From NCBI RefSeq assembly GCF_036321535.1, contig NC_087436.1:79176001-79240000 (forward strand): a stretch of DNA of 64,000 nucleotides, given 5' to 3'. The notes beneath the pieces were generated by a model that saw only the letters and a list, made by a program, of their open reading frames with translations, was not told the origin of the DNA and did no database searches. This stretch comes from Camelus dromedarius (taxonomy: Eukaryota). Below, piece by piece: positions 13,649-27,379 of this stretch (the first letter of the stretch is position 1; every line of letters starts with the position of its first letter). Position numbers and translations under genes: made by a program.

Positions 13649-13726
13649 TCTTTAAAATTTTTTTTTATTTTTAGTTGAAGTGTAGTCAATTTACAATGTT
13701 AGTTTCAGGTGTATAGCAAAGTGATT

Positions 13727-13781
<55 letters not shown>

Positions 13782-13908
13782 TCTTTTCCATTACAGCTCA
13801 TTACAAGAAATTGAATATAGTTCCCTGTGCAGTAAGTCTTTGTTGTTTCTCTATTTTATGTATAGTAATGTATATCTGTTAATACCAAACTCCTAATCTA
13901 TCTCCACC
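13649..13908 (-). mobile_element. L1 3' end with internal (CA)n, flanked by a target-site duplication
   Basis: L1 3'UTR motifs; gatattgtttttttt at 13631 and again at 13909. Confidence 0.85.
13730..13776. repeat. (CA)n microsatellite, about 23 units
   Basis: Directly visible. Confidence 0.97.
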
Positions 13909-14099
13909 GATATTGTTTTTTTTCTTACACACAATAACTATATGCTCTTCTGGGCCTTGTTTTCTTTTATTAACTTATTCTGAAGATTTCTTGTTTCCAA
14001 AAAAATCTAACATACACAATAAACCCACATATGCACAACTGTTATTTTTTTCAAAGTATTTAATGTGCTTTGAATTATAGATTTTATTCTTTCTTTCTT

Positions 14100-14400
14100 T
14101 TTTTTTTCTAAATAGACTTTATTCTTTTAGAGCAGTTTCAGGTTCACAACAGAACTGAGCAGAAAATACAGAGTTCACACATAGCCCTCCCCACCCACAC
14201 ATATATACTCCCCTACCCTCAACATCCCTCGTCAGTGTGGCACATTTGGTACAATTGATGAACCAATAAGGGCACGTTATTATCAACCAAAGTCCATGGT
14301 TTACATTAGGGGTTGTACATTCTTGATGTTGTACATTCTATGGGTTTTGGCAAATGCATAATGACATGTGGCCACCACTGTAGTATCATACAGAATAAAA
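14100..14400 (-). mobile_element. L1MC-like 3' end
   Basis: aaatagactttatt..ttagagcagtttcaggttcaca..ccaaagtccatggtttacattaggg. Confidence 0.75.
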
Positions 14401-15174
14401 TTTTATATACACATTTTAATAATTTCTTTTTTTAACTCCTGTCCATTGTAATTCCAGTAGCTGCCAGTGTTTTAGAAAAGCGTAATACACTCATAATTCC
14501 ATGTCTGTGACGGTAGAATGGAACAAAGGGACAGAACAGTACTGAGAGTGGCATCTCTCCACATTCATCTCACCTGTGGGGATGAACAGGTGTGGTGGTA
14601 ACTGCACCATGGTGAAGAGGTCAACAGCAGAAAAGGAGTTGCGGGCAGAATCTTGCAAGCTCTTATGCTCTGAGAAAATAAATGTTTATTTTTTGAAATG
14701 ACATGTTGTTTGCATGAACTGAAATTCAAATGCGTTTTTAATTTGCCAAATCCTAGACAAATGATAAGAAGCACCTCGTTGTCTCTCTTCTCTCTCTGTG
14801 TCCTTGCTTTGCTGGGACCCTGGGCATGTGCTTGGTCAGCTTCTTGGGTCGCCCAGCGCTCATGGGATGATCAGCACAAGGCACATAGCTGGACAGCACA
14901 GAGCCTGAGAATCCAAAGGTGAACAAGACACAATCCCTGACTTTAGGTCACTCTCAGGGGAGACAGACATCAGGGCAATTTCAGCTCCATGTGGTAAGTA
15001 CAGGATGCTCTGATATCACACTGGGAGGGGCTTAACTTAGGTGCAATCTAAGCTAGTCTCAGTCGTGTATTTCTAGATTCCTAACCTCATTAATTATGTG
15101 TCCATGCTCAAGGATAATTTATCGGCGTGTGCTGGGAGTATCTTATTACAAGTTCCTATTACCAATTACATGCC

Positions 15175-15724
15175 TATAGCTGATTGCATTTTCTGAAGAT
15201 GGCCGTCCATATCCCACCCACTTACTCTTCTTACATTGTGACTGATATTCCCACATGTAGGAGTCTGTGTTCCCTTTCTCTGAATCTGGGTGGAGGTTTT
15301 TGACTGCCTGACCAAGGGACCAGCAGCCCAAGTGATGCCATATGACTTCAAAGCTCAGTCATACAGAGGCTCTCCCCACCCTCCATGCTTGTCCTTGGAA
15401 CCCACTACCGTATTTGAATGAAGACCAGTCTATATGGGGAGGCTACATGTGGATGTTTTGGCCAACAGTCCCAGCAAAGCCCTCAGCCAACAAACCAGCA
15501 TCAACCACCAGACATGTGAATGAATGAACTTCAGGTGGTCCCAGATCCTAGCCTTTGAGTCTTTCAAACGAGGATCAGATATGATGGAGCAAAGGCAAGC
15601 TGTCTCCATTGATTCCACCTGAATTCCTGATTCATCGAAACCATGAGACCCAATACATAATCATTGTTGTTTTAAGCCACTAAGTGTAGGGAAGTTTATT
15701 ATGCGTGAGTAGGTGACTAATACA
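15175..15724 (+). mobile_element. MaLR solo LTR (MLT1-like)
   Basis: MLT1 hallmarks gaatctgggtgg..gtgatgccatatgacttc and 3' ttgttgttttaagccactaagt..actaataca. Confidence 0.8.
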
Positions 15725-16759
15725 ATGTACAAAGCTGTTTATGAGGATTTTTTCTTTTTGTAGAAAGACATGAGAAATTGGAATAATGGCGAACATCTTA
15801 ATCTTTATTATTTGCAAAAAATTAAAGTGGAACACTTTTTATTTGGGTGTTGATGAATGAAGTAACATTTAAAAATGATAATCTAGGAAAATGCTTTGGA
15901 AAGCCAAAAGCAGAGTAGTTGGTGTAAACATAACTAACACCCTGATAATTCATACAAGGCTTGCGAGCTCAGAAATCGGAACAAATCCAGGATATTAAAG
16001 CCTGCAGGTAATATGAAGCCGACCATAGATCAGAATCAAGCTTCCGCTAACCCACAAGCAATGTTCAAACTCTGGTGTGTCTTGGAGTCACCAGTGATTG
16101 TGTTAGCAGCACAGGCTCCCACTCTCTCCCTCCCTCTGGGTTTTTTCACACAGGGTGAGGTGTGAGAATCAGTATTTCTTCAGTCTTCATGCAAGTTGAC
16201 TACAGGCAGCGCATCTTCATCCCATAGTAGAAAACATGTTTGAATTCTGGCAGTGCGGACAGCTTAGGCCGAGGCAGGGATGACCAGGCTGCGCCCCTCC
16301 TCTGAGCTCTGGAGGGCAGATGCCATGTCCCGGTGTCCATCCTCGTGTCCCCAGGGCCACACAGAGCACTCTCAGGAGATGTTGGCTGAGTGGAGGTCAT
16401 CACTGCTGTGGCGTCCCCTCCAGTTTCACAAAGTGGCCAGACTCTTGCCGAGCTCCCAAAGCACATGCTTCCACTCTAGGGAAATGACTCACCTGCGAGT
16501 CTCCTAAGAATTTCCTGATTCTTTGGTGTTTCTTTAATGACTAGAGATGGGGGAGCTTACAGGGAGTGAGTAGAGACACTCAGTGAAAGTACAAAGGGAA
16601 ACATTCGTTTGCGGAAATTGTTGGTAAAAGTGGTAAAAGTAATTTATTTGTTCAACAACAGCTTTTGAATTTTAGCTCCACGATGATAGTCTTTTTTTTT
16701 TTTTTTAACCACCTTCTATTCAGAGCTTTGGATGATGCTTGGCAAATGACAACCATGAT

Positions 16760-16920
16760 AACAAAGGTAATCAACTGTTCTTGGGCACTTACTATGTGTC
16801 AAGGACTCTTCTAATCACTTTCAGTCTATGTTATTTCATTTTCTCTTTACATCAACCCTATGGGGTAGGTACTCTTATGATGCCCATTTTATAAGTTCAT
16901 AAACTGAGGCTCAGAGAGGC
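16760..16920 (-). mobile_element. MIR SINE
   Basis: gcacttactatgtgtca..cccattttata..aaactgaggctcagagagg. Confidence 0.75.
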
Positions 16921-17799
16921 ACGTAGTAGCACTGACTAAATACTTACTGAATGAACTATTTGTGCAGTGCTTCCTATGGCAACACTCTCTGCTAAGCTCT
17001 GAAGCGGGTGAAGAAATGAAGACGACGTGGTCTGTCTTAGGGGGTCTACATGCCAGCCTGTTCTGTGAGACTTCAGTTCACCACGCCAAGAAAAGTGGAC
17101 AGAGCCTGCCTCCCTCTATCCCCCACCTCCCATCCTGCCATGAACCGAGAGTCCTGGCTGGAAGTGTGAGAATGTGATGCAAGTCAGCATGTCCTAAAAA
17201 ACTGACCCAAGGATGAGATGACAGCCATTTCCTGCAGAACACCAGAAAGATGGCTTATTTCTGAGGGAATCTGGAAAACTGAGCGATCAGTTTCCTGCAC
17301 GTGATTATTCAGGACAGAGACAGCCCTTGGGACCTGACTGTTTAGTGAGCCACACGATTAAACTGAGTTGATTTTCGGGATTTAGAGGAACTCAAAAAAA
17401 GGGAAATTGACTGGTGTCTAACCTTCTCCTTGTCCCTCTCGGAGCCACCCTTTCCACTCATTCATTTTTCTGGCCTTGATCACGCTCCAAATGTGGAAAG
17501 GAATAATCAGACCATTTTATTCCCCCAAGATAGTTACCCTTTCATAGTCATCCCCAGGAGAAATCATTTGCTCCTGTCCCCCATCCCCCCGCACACATAC
17601 TGCAAAATGGGAGAAGCTCTCCAAAAGGTCTTCAGTTCCATTCCAGCAGCACAGTTCAAGTGTCTGCATATAATTTGGTCTCTCACTTTTGAAACACTAT
17701 CCTCTTCTATCTCCCTTGGTTTCACTCTCCCCTCCACACAAGCTGCTCCTTCTGAATTTTGTTAATGTTTCATTTTCTAACTAATGTCCAAATCTTGGA

Positions 17800-18130
17800 G
17801 TTCCTCAGGCCTGGCCCTAGACCCTCTTTCTTCTGTCTCTGCCCTTCCTAGCTCCTCTCATTCACTGCCATCGATTCAAGCACCAGTGTAGTGCCATCAA
17901 GTCCGAAATTTGCGATTCCTCACTGGGTCTCTCCTTTGACCGACAACCTCTTGATGTCTGCTTTCCTGACTTGTTCCTTTGGATGCTGCATAGACATCTC
18001 AAACTTGACGAGTCCAAAGAGAGCTTTCAGTTTTCTCAAAACCTCTCCTCCCACCCCACTCCAGACTTGCCCATTTGGCTTAGTGGCCCTCCCCTCCATT
18101 TGGCTGCTCAAGCTGAAAGCACACTATCCT
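17800..18130 (+). mobile_element. L2 fragment
   Basis: Pyrimidine-rich, ttggatgctgcatagacatctcaaactt resembling the L2 core; a similar fragment lies at ~20040-20250. Confidence 0.6.
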
Positions 18131-20509
18131 AAATTTCTTCCTTTTCTTCAAGTCCCCCAGCCTGATTCATTCGCATTTATCTTTTCTTGATTGTGCCTCT
18201 CAGACTTTGGACCTAAATGCGTTTGATGGCTGGAAACCTTAAAAAGTGGCTACCCTTGAGCTGCCAGAAATGTGTGTTTTTGCTCTCAGTGAAAATTGCA
18301 GATTTTGGGGAAGATTCTTCTTTTGTTCTGGGAGAGAGAATTTTGTTTTCAGTCTTAGGGGTGGAAAATGTAGTTTCTTGGTTTGAAAGGATCATCAGAT
18401 GTTTTAAAAGTCTGTCTTTAGCCAGGTGAGTCCAGAGAGATCAGAAGCAGAAAACTAGTTCCATTTTAAATGTAAGTAACTTGACGGCCATAGCGCAACC
18501 TGAATGCACCAAACAAACAGCACTGCCCCCACCAGCCATCCCTGGACTGTTCTGGGCCAGACTGAGAGGTTTGCTGTGCACTGTCTCCGGGAAGTGGGCC
18601 GACTGGGATAATGCTGGACTAGGGGCTAAAGGAACACAAAAGGAGTATCATTCTGGGGAAAGTGTATTGGTTTCTGTTCTTCAAATTTAAAACTGGAGAC
18701 CCATCAACCCCTGGGTCTCAGATGAACACATCTCTATTTTGTTTTAATCAATAAAAACTAAAAGACGAACAATGAAGTGAATATTCTTGGTCATACAAGT
18801 ATAAGACTCCCCCCAACTGCCCCCATTCCCTGTCCCTCCCCCACTGTCTCCAAGAACATCTGGGCTTTGATGAAGGTGTCCAAAGGCAGATACATTAGGT
18901 TAGGGTAGTAAATGTACTACTTCCTAGTCTAGAAATGTTTCCCCTGGTGGTGGTTTGGGAGACTTGGTGGACAGAGGAGGTAGTTCACCGGGAGATGTTT
19001 GTCATGAGCTGCCGTGAGGAAGAGGGAGAGAGGAGAATAAATTTTGGAGGTTTCTGAGTCTGAGGGAGGAGAGAAGATGGGAGAAAAGTCTCAATAAGAA
19101 GCATAGGATGGCTGGGGGTCTGCTTTTATTTTTCTCCATTAAACAGTCTTGTATTGAGGCTTATTTCTGAAAGCAACGACATGCCATTGAGTGACAATAT
19201 TATAAATGTCTTTGCTCATCCTTAAGCTTATAATATATACTGTATGGCTTTGAAATCAGGTACCGCCGCATTTAGTGTTTGTTCTGAAATCACATGGTCA
19301 CCCAACAGCCATGTCCGCAGCTCCAAGGCGTGAGATTCTGCGGCTGGATCCTCTCTGCGGGTTGTGGCTTGGTGACGAAAGCAGCAATCTGGATTGTCCT
19401 CCACAAGCAGATGTTCATCCCTCACTTGGAGAGCTTTCACAATTTTAATTCCTTCCCTATTACTGGCCAAAAATTCTTGAAACCCACAGAGGAGACAATC
19501 CAACATATTGCTTTGCAGGCAAAGTCATCATGCTACCAAGGTTCACTGCTTCCTGAAGATATTGCTTGTTGCTTATTTTTATTCCAGATGATAAACAGAT
19601 CTTTGGCCCACAGATGTGGCTATGTTGTGTTGTCTACTTTCCTCTCTTGGCAAGTGAATAAAGTCAATGCTCACAGAGGCTTTCTGTAATGTGTTTTATA
19701 AGAACTGACATTACGGAGCATGTTCCTTTCCCATGCACAGTGTACGTGACCAAACTCAGGTGACCTTTTGGACCTGAGAAATTATTGATGCTTATGTGTA
19801 TTACGCTTTGTAGTTGACAAATCTTGTTCCTATACCAGTGAATTATTTCTTTTAAACCTTGAAATCTAGTGAGTAGTGGAAAAGCCTTAATTCTATTTCA
19901 GAGGTGAGAAATTTGGGGCTCAGAAAAGCCAAGTGATCTGCTGAAGCTCGCACAACTGGCAAGGGCACTTAGTCTCGGCTTTCTTTGTGGTCTGCCCTCC
20001 CTTTGCCAGCCCCAAATACTGATGCCACCGTGGGCTCTGACCGTTAGCCCTGCTCTCCGCACTCTCCGCACTCCTTCTGGGCAATCTCATCCTCCCAGTT
20101 TTAACTATCACCTGCATGCTGGTGATTTCCAAACCTGTGTCTCCATCCCAGACCATCCTGTTGAGCTCATGACTTCAAATGCCAGCTAAATATCTACACT
20201 TGAGGGTCATGGGCATTTCAAACTCAGCATGTCCGCAATCAAACTCTGTGCGATCTATTCCACTTAATTAAGCCTTCCCCTCTCCCTACACCCTCTCCCT
20301 CCCTCCCACCCTTGCTTCTTCTCCTTCTCACTTTTTTTTCTTTCTGAGAATTTAGGTTTTTCTGTCTGATTACTCTTCTTAATTTCAATTTCAGGACTTT
20401 AATACATGACAAAATATGTAACAGTTAGAAATATCCATTTGAGGAAAAGTTAATAAAAACTACCAAGACTGTAGTTGATTGCAGCTCTGAAATACTTAAT
20501 AGAACGTAA

Positions 20510-23500
20510 GTTGAAACGAAAAGGGAACATAACTTTGCCAAATCTATGGGACTCAGCAAAAGCAAGTCCAAGAGGGAAGTTCATAGTGTTACAGGCTTAT
20601 CTCAGGAAACAAGAGAAACCTCAAGTACATAATCTAACTTTACATTGAAAGGAACTAGAAAAAGAAGAATAAAGCCCAAAGTTATAGAAGGAAGGAAATA
20701 ATAAATATCAGAGTGGAAATAAACAAAATAAAGACTTTTAAAAAAGAAAAAAATCAATGAAACTAAGAGCTGGTTCTTTGAAAGGATAAACAAAATTGAT
20801 GACATTTAGCCAGACTCATCAAGAAAAGAAGAGAGCTCAAATAAATAAAATCAGAAATGAAAGAGGAGAAATTACAACCAATACCAGAGAAATACAAAGG
20901 ATCATAAGAGAATACTAGGAACAATTATATGCCAACAAATTAGACAACCTGGAAAAAAATGGGTAAGTTCCTAGAAATATACAGTATTCTAAGACTGAAT
21001 TTTGAAGAAATAGAAAATCTGAATAGTCTAATTACTACTGAAGAAATTGAATCAGTAATCAAAAAACTCCCAATAAACAAAAGTCCAGGTCCAGATGGCT
21101 TCACAGGTGAATTATACCACACCTTTAAAGAAAACTTAATACCTATACTTTTCAAATTATTCCAAAAAATTGAAGAGGAAGGAATACTTCTAAACTCATT
21201 TTAAAAGGCCCTGATAACAAAACGAGACAAAAGCATTACAAAAGGAAAATTATAGGCCAATATTCCTGATGAACATAAATGAAAAAACCTCAAGAAAATA
21301 CTAGCAAACTAATTTAATATACATTAAAAAGATCATACACCATGATCTAGTGGGATTCATTCCAGGGATGCAAAGATGGTTTAACATTCATGATTCTATC
21401 AGTGTGATACACCACACTGACAAAACAAAGGATAAAATCGTCTTATCATCTCAATAGATACATAAAAAGCTTTTGACAAAATTCAACATCCATTTATGAT
21501 GAAAACTCTTAACAAAAGGATATGAAGGGAATGTATCTCAATATAATAAGGACCATATTTGATGAACCCACATACTCAATGTTGAAAAGCTGGAAGCTTT
21601 TCCTCTAAGATCAGGAAGACAAGGCTACCCACTGTCATCTCTTTTATTCAACTTAGTATTGGAAGTCCTAACCAGAGCAATTAGGCAAATGAAAAAAAGA
21701 AATAAAAGGCATTCAAATTGGAAAAGAAGAAGTAAAACTGTCACTACTTGTAGATGACATGATACTATATATAGAAAACCCTAGGGATGCCAATAAAACA
21801 CAATTAGAACTAATAAAGGAATTCGGTAAATTTGCAGCATATAAAATAAATATACAGAACTATGTTGCATTTCAAACACTAATAATGAAATATCAGAAAG
21901 AGGAATGAGGAAAACAATCCCACTTGCAATTGCATCAAAAAGATTAAAATACCAAGAAATAAATTTAACCAAGGAGGCAAAGATCTGTAATTCTGAAAAC
22001 GATATAAGACATTGATGAAAGAAATTGAAGATGACACAAGTAAATGGAAAGATGCACTGTGCTCATGGATGGAAAGAATTAATATTGTTAAAATGACCAT
22101 ACTACACAAAGCAACCTACAGATTCAATGCAATTTCTGTCAAAATATCAATGGCATTTTTCACAGAACAGGGACAAATGATGCTAAAATTTGTACAGACC
22201 CCAATAGCCAAAGCAATCTTGAGAATGACGAACAAAGCTGGAGGCATCACATTCCCTGACATCAAACCATATTCCAAAGCCATTGTAATCAAAAGAGTGT
22301 AATACTGACACAAAAACAGACACACAGATCAATGGAACAGAATAGACAGCCCAGAAATAAACCCACACACTATGATCAATCAATTAATCTACAACAAAGG
22401 AGGTAACAATATACAATGGGATGAAGACATCCTCTTCAATAACTTGTGGTTGAAAAACTGCAAAACAATGAAACTGGACCACTTTTAAAATACCATATAC
22501 AAAAGTAAACTCAAAATGGATTAAAGACATACATGTAAGACTTGAAGCCATAAAACTCCTGGAAGAAAACATAAGCAGTAATCTCTTTGACATCTGTCTT
22601 AGCAATATTTTTTTGAATCTGTTCCCTCAGGCAAGGGAAACAAAAGAAAAAAATAAACAATTAGGACCAAATCAAACTAAAAAGTTTTTGCGTAGCCAAG
22701 AAAACCATAAACAAAATGAAAAGGCATCCTACTGAATGGAAGAAGACATTGGCAAATGATATAATATGATAAGGGGTTGATATTCAAAATATAGAAAGAA
22801 CTTCTACAACTCAACATAAAAAAGAAAACAAACTACCTGATTAAAAAATGGGCAGAGTACCTGAATAGACTTTTTCCAAAGAAGATATACAGATGAGCAA
22901 CAGGCACATGAGAAGATGCTCAACATCACTAATCATCAGGGAAATCCAAATCAAAACCATGATGAGATATCACTTCACACCTGTCAGAATAGCTATTATC
23001 AAAAAGACAGGAAACAATGAGTGTTGGTGAAGATGTGGGAAAAGGGGAGTCCTGGTGCACAGTTGGTAGAAATGTAACTTGGTATAGCCACCATGGAAAA
23101 CTATAGAAATTTCTCAAAAAACTAAAAATAAAACTACCAAATGGTCTAGCAGTTCTATTTCTGGCTATTTATACACAAAAAAACCCCCCAAACACTAATT
23201 TGAAACATATTCTATATTCACTAAAGCACTATTTTACAATAACCAGGATATGAAAGCAACTTAAGTGTCCACCCATAGATGAAATGAGTAAAGAAGATGG
23301 TGTAGATGTATAAATGGAATATTACTCGGCCATAAAAAAGAATGAAATCTTGCCATTTGTGACAACATGGGTGGACCCAGAGGGTATAAGTCAGACAGAG
23401 ACAGACAAATACTGTATGATTTCACTTATATGTGGAATCTAAAAAACAAAACAAATAAACAAACAAAACAAAGCAGAAACAGACTCATAGATACAGAGAA

Positions 23501-23787
23501 CAAAATGATGGCCACCGGAGTGGAGGAGGAGGGGGAAATGGGGGAAATAGGTGAAGGGGATTAATAGGTACAAACTTCCAGTTGTAAAGTAAGTAAAGCA
23601 TGTGATACAATATACAGCATAAAGAATATAGTCAATATTTTAATAACTCTGCATGGTGACAGTTGGTAACTAGACTTATAGTGGTGATCATTTACTATAA
23701 ATGTATGAGGATATCAAACCTCTTTGTTGTATACCTGAAACTAATATAATATTGTACGTCAATTACAATTCAATTAAAAAAATAAAA
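20510..23787 (+). mobile_element. Older 5'-truncated L1 (decayed ORF2 RT and C-terminus plus 3'UTR and A tail)
   Basis: ORF fragments [11 protein letters not shown] and CSWMERINIVKM..YRFNAI with many stops; 3'UTR ends cctgaaactaatataatattgta..caattaaaaaaataaaa. Confidence 0.95.
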
Positions 23788-25162
23788 CAGCCATTAAGGC
23801 CACCGGGACACATACACACACAATTAAATTGACCATGAAATGACTAACTTTGGCATTTGAATACAAAATATTTATCATTGTAAACTATGGAGAAATAATT
23901 AAACTTATAGGCAGCATTTCAAAATATCCATAGACATATCCTGTACTCTGAAGTGTGTTGGAAGGAACTGTCCTCCTTTCAGTAGGAATTTTGCTTTCCC
24001 AGTTTTTTTATTTCTTTTTTGTTTTGTCTTACCAAAAAGATCTTTTTTTCCCCATTCTTTTTTGTTGTTTTCTTTTGACATTTACTTTTTAGGGTACAAA
24101 CATCCAAATTTGAAAATCCAAACAGTCCACCTACTGCTATCTGCATCAGGAAACAGAGACCTGGGTCTGGAGACTAGGGCTCAGTGGGGCAGGACTCAAG
24201 ACCTTGGGAGGGATAGTGTGACCAGGTAGGATCATAGTCATGGAAACTGGGCCATAGGTATCAATCAAGTGATATAGGTCCCGAGAAAGAAGGCAAGGAT
24301 ACTGTCTGTAGAGTTGGGCATGAGAGTCATGTTGGGCATTAGTTGGCAGTTTTGTGTTTACTGATCCTACCTTCTTACCAATGTTCCATGATGGTTGTGG
24401 ATTCTGGACACCTAAAGTGGAGTCCCTGGTAGTACCAGGTCTAGTTTAATAATAAACAGAGAAAGAGAAGGACATATGAAGACCCTCCACTGTACAGGGA
24501 TTGTATCATCTTCAGAGTTGAAGTGAAAGTAAAATGCATTGGGTCTTAGACCCAACTAAGGAGATAAAAAAGGGCCATGCTTAGAACACTCCAGTTCTAA
24601 ACCTATGGTTACCAGGGGCTAAAGAGGGTGGGAAGGGATAAATAAGGAATTCGAAAATTGCACCTCTTGGGGAGCAATGGAAATGGTAGCTATCTTGATT
24701 GTGGTGGTGGTTTCATGAGTGTATACATCTATCAAAACTCACCAAATTGTACATCTGAAATATGTGTAGTTTACTGTACAGGAACCATACCACAATAAGG
24801 ATGTTTTAAAAAAAAACAAGAATACTCCAGTTCTGAATATCGGGTGTTTTGGTGTTAGGAAACTCCAGTGAAAAGGTAAGAAAACTCAAAACTAAGCGCA
24901 ATTGAAGATTCAGAGGTGAGGTGGTTGGTTGATACTAAGAATATTTTGTAATCTGTCCCATGAGTCAAAACAACCAAACCAAAAGACCTTGACTATGTTA
25001 TATGAAGGAGCTCTTCATTTTTTGAATATTTAGGGAATAATATATAAAACAAAGAATTTTACATCCTTTATTGATACTTGGAACTTTTCCCTACATTTGT
25101 ATAGGAAATTCTTATCTTTCTCTCACTCTTATCTGTAAGGCTCAAGCCCGCTAGCTAGCTCT

Positions 25163-25204
25163 GAAACGAAACTAGAAACTAGAATCGTAAGGGAAACCGA
25201 AAGT
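25163..25204 (+). promoter_or_regulatory. Cluster of ISRE/IRF-binding motifs
   Basis: GAAACGAAACT (25163-25173), an overlapping GAAACTAGAAACT (25168-25180) and GGGAAACCGAAAGT (25191-25204). Confidence 0.65.
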
Positions 25205-26187
25205 AAGGCTTCGCTGGAGGAACAGGCCAGCAAAAACAGCAGCTGCTTGCTTGCAAAGGGCAACCCCTGGCAGAACACAATAGCACAGTAACTACAGGCC
25301 AGGTAGACAGGCAAATGGAGAGGCACCCTACACCTTCTAGGGGCTAAACGTCCCCTAATGCTTTAAAGGTCACCAGTCAAAAACTAACCACCACCCCTCT
25401 CCCCCCATTCCCCAAAATCCCCACCCTAGCCCTTTTGCTTGACTGGTTGATAATTCAATAAAATGCTGGGGTTGTCAGGGATCTGGGGTTGGGGGGCGAT
25501 CTGAGTCCAATGTACTCCTAGCCTCAAATCTGCTGGTAGAGACGCTTGCCCGGGTCCCCTCCCATCCTGAGCCCGTCTGGCTGCACCTGAACTCTTGGCT
25601 CTTGGCTGTTTCTTCGCTCTGCACACAAGCAACAGGGACACAACGTCCAGGGAATCCGTGCACGGTGGTTGTCAGGAAACAAGATACCTGACAGGCTTTT
25701 CAGGCTCCCCAGATTTGTTGGGCTGGAGACTCTCCGAACCCGGCAGAGGCTTGATCACCCTTGGCCCAGAAGAGATATCTGAGCCTGACACTTGTCTTTA
25801 CTCCTTCTGGCCTCATTAGGCTTCTTAAACCAACCATATGCATAAATGACTGAATTCAAATGCTTTTTGTCTCTTTACACTTCAAAATTATTGCTTAGTC
25901 TTTAAAAGAAAGATCACATACAATGATGTAAAGATGAGTTCAATTTTTCAGCTTTGTAATAACAGGTTTTCAACTTGTGGTCAACACAGGAAATACAGAA
26001 AAGAGGAAGAAAATGAAGGAAAACGGTGTGATTTAGCCAATGGCTTAGCTTTATGCATGACAGATGACGAACTCAACTAATTTAAGAAACAGGTTGGATT
26101 TTAAAAACAAAACAAAAAACAAACAAACAAGACGCCTTGGTCCTGCATGGAACAGTGAGGAGAAGTGGAGATAAAATACTGGGACTG

Positions 26188-26900
26188 GCGGAGATTCTGG
26201 GAAGATGACAGAATAGGGATCATCGGGAACCTCTCGTCCCATCCAAGTGAGAATTAAACTAGTGGAAAAAGACAACCCACAGAATGGGAGAAAAGATTTG
26301 CAAATCATGTATCTAATCATAGATTAATATCTAGAATATACAGAGAACTCCTAAAACTCAACAACAACAAAAACAAACAATCCAATTCAAAAATGGGCAA
26401 ATAACCTGAATAGACATGTCTTCAAAGAAGATATACACATGGCTGATGAGCCCATGAAAAAATGCTCAGCATCACTGATCATTGGGGAAACACAAATCAA
26501 AACTACAATGAGTTGCCACTTTGTACCCATTAAGATGATTACTATCAACCCCTCCCCCCAATCTGTAATATAATATGTTGGTGAGAATGTGAAGGAATTG
26601 GAACTCTTGTGCACTCTTGGTAGGAATGTGAAATGATACAGCCATTGTGGAAAATAATGTGACAATTCTTTAAAGAATTAAAAGTAGAATTGCAATATGA
26701 TCCACCAATTCCCCCTGTGATATATACTCAAAGAATTAAAAGCAGGGTCTCAAAGAGATATTTGGATGCCTAAATTGATAGCAGCATTATTCACAACAAT
26801 TATACTGTGGAAACAACCCAAGTGTCCCACAACATATGAATGGATAAGCAAAATGTAGTATATACATACAATGGAACTTTATTCAGCCTTAAGAAGTGGA
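26188..26900 (+). mobile_element. L1 with ~75-nt 5' end joined directly to the end of ORF2/3'UTR (L1MB-like)
   Basis: ggagattctgggaagatgacagaatagg (L1 5'-start-like), then aaagacaacccacagaatgggagaaaagatttgcaaatc (late ORF2). Confidence 0.85.
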
Positions 26901-27379
26901 AAAGAAAAAGAAAGTGGAGAGGAAGAGGAAGGGAGCAGCGGGTGAAACAGGGTACCCAGCTCTGAACTTTGATCCCCAGCACTGAAAGCGTGGTCCGTAT
27001 CTGAGTTGTTGCATTAGAGCCCCTTCAGTTTGTACCTACTGGGGAGAGCAGTGGTCTATAGCAGGGCGACAAGGTGCATCAGAAATAATTGTGGTCCTTT
27101 TTAAAATTTAGACTCTTGGATCCCGCCATAGATCTGAATCAGAATCTCTGGAAGAATAGGCTATCGTTACCAGCTACAGCCACACTTAGGCTCTGAAATC
27201 TTTTCAAAGTCCCCAGAAAGACTCAGCTGGTATTATGGAATTTATGCCACCATAACTGACAGCCCGGGGTGGACAGTGGGCCATCGCTCTGCTGTGACCC
27301 TCCAAGAGGGGCTTTACTGAGAACAGATGGACTACAGCTCTGATCCTGGGAGACACAACACAGAGCGCCTCATGGCATC

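Noticed and set aside
19228..19689. Overlapping ORFs (92 aa minus, 131 aa plus; the latter starts MVTQQP, faintly like the PLAC8/cornifelin N-terminus)
   Set aside because: No WQTG/DCC or other recognisable motif, no convincing splice structure, and lengths are compatible with chance.
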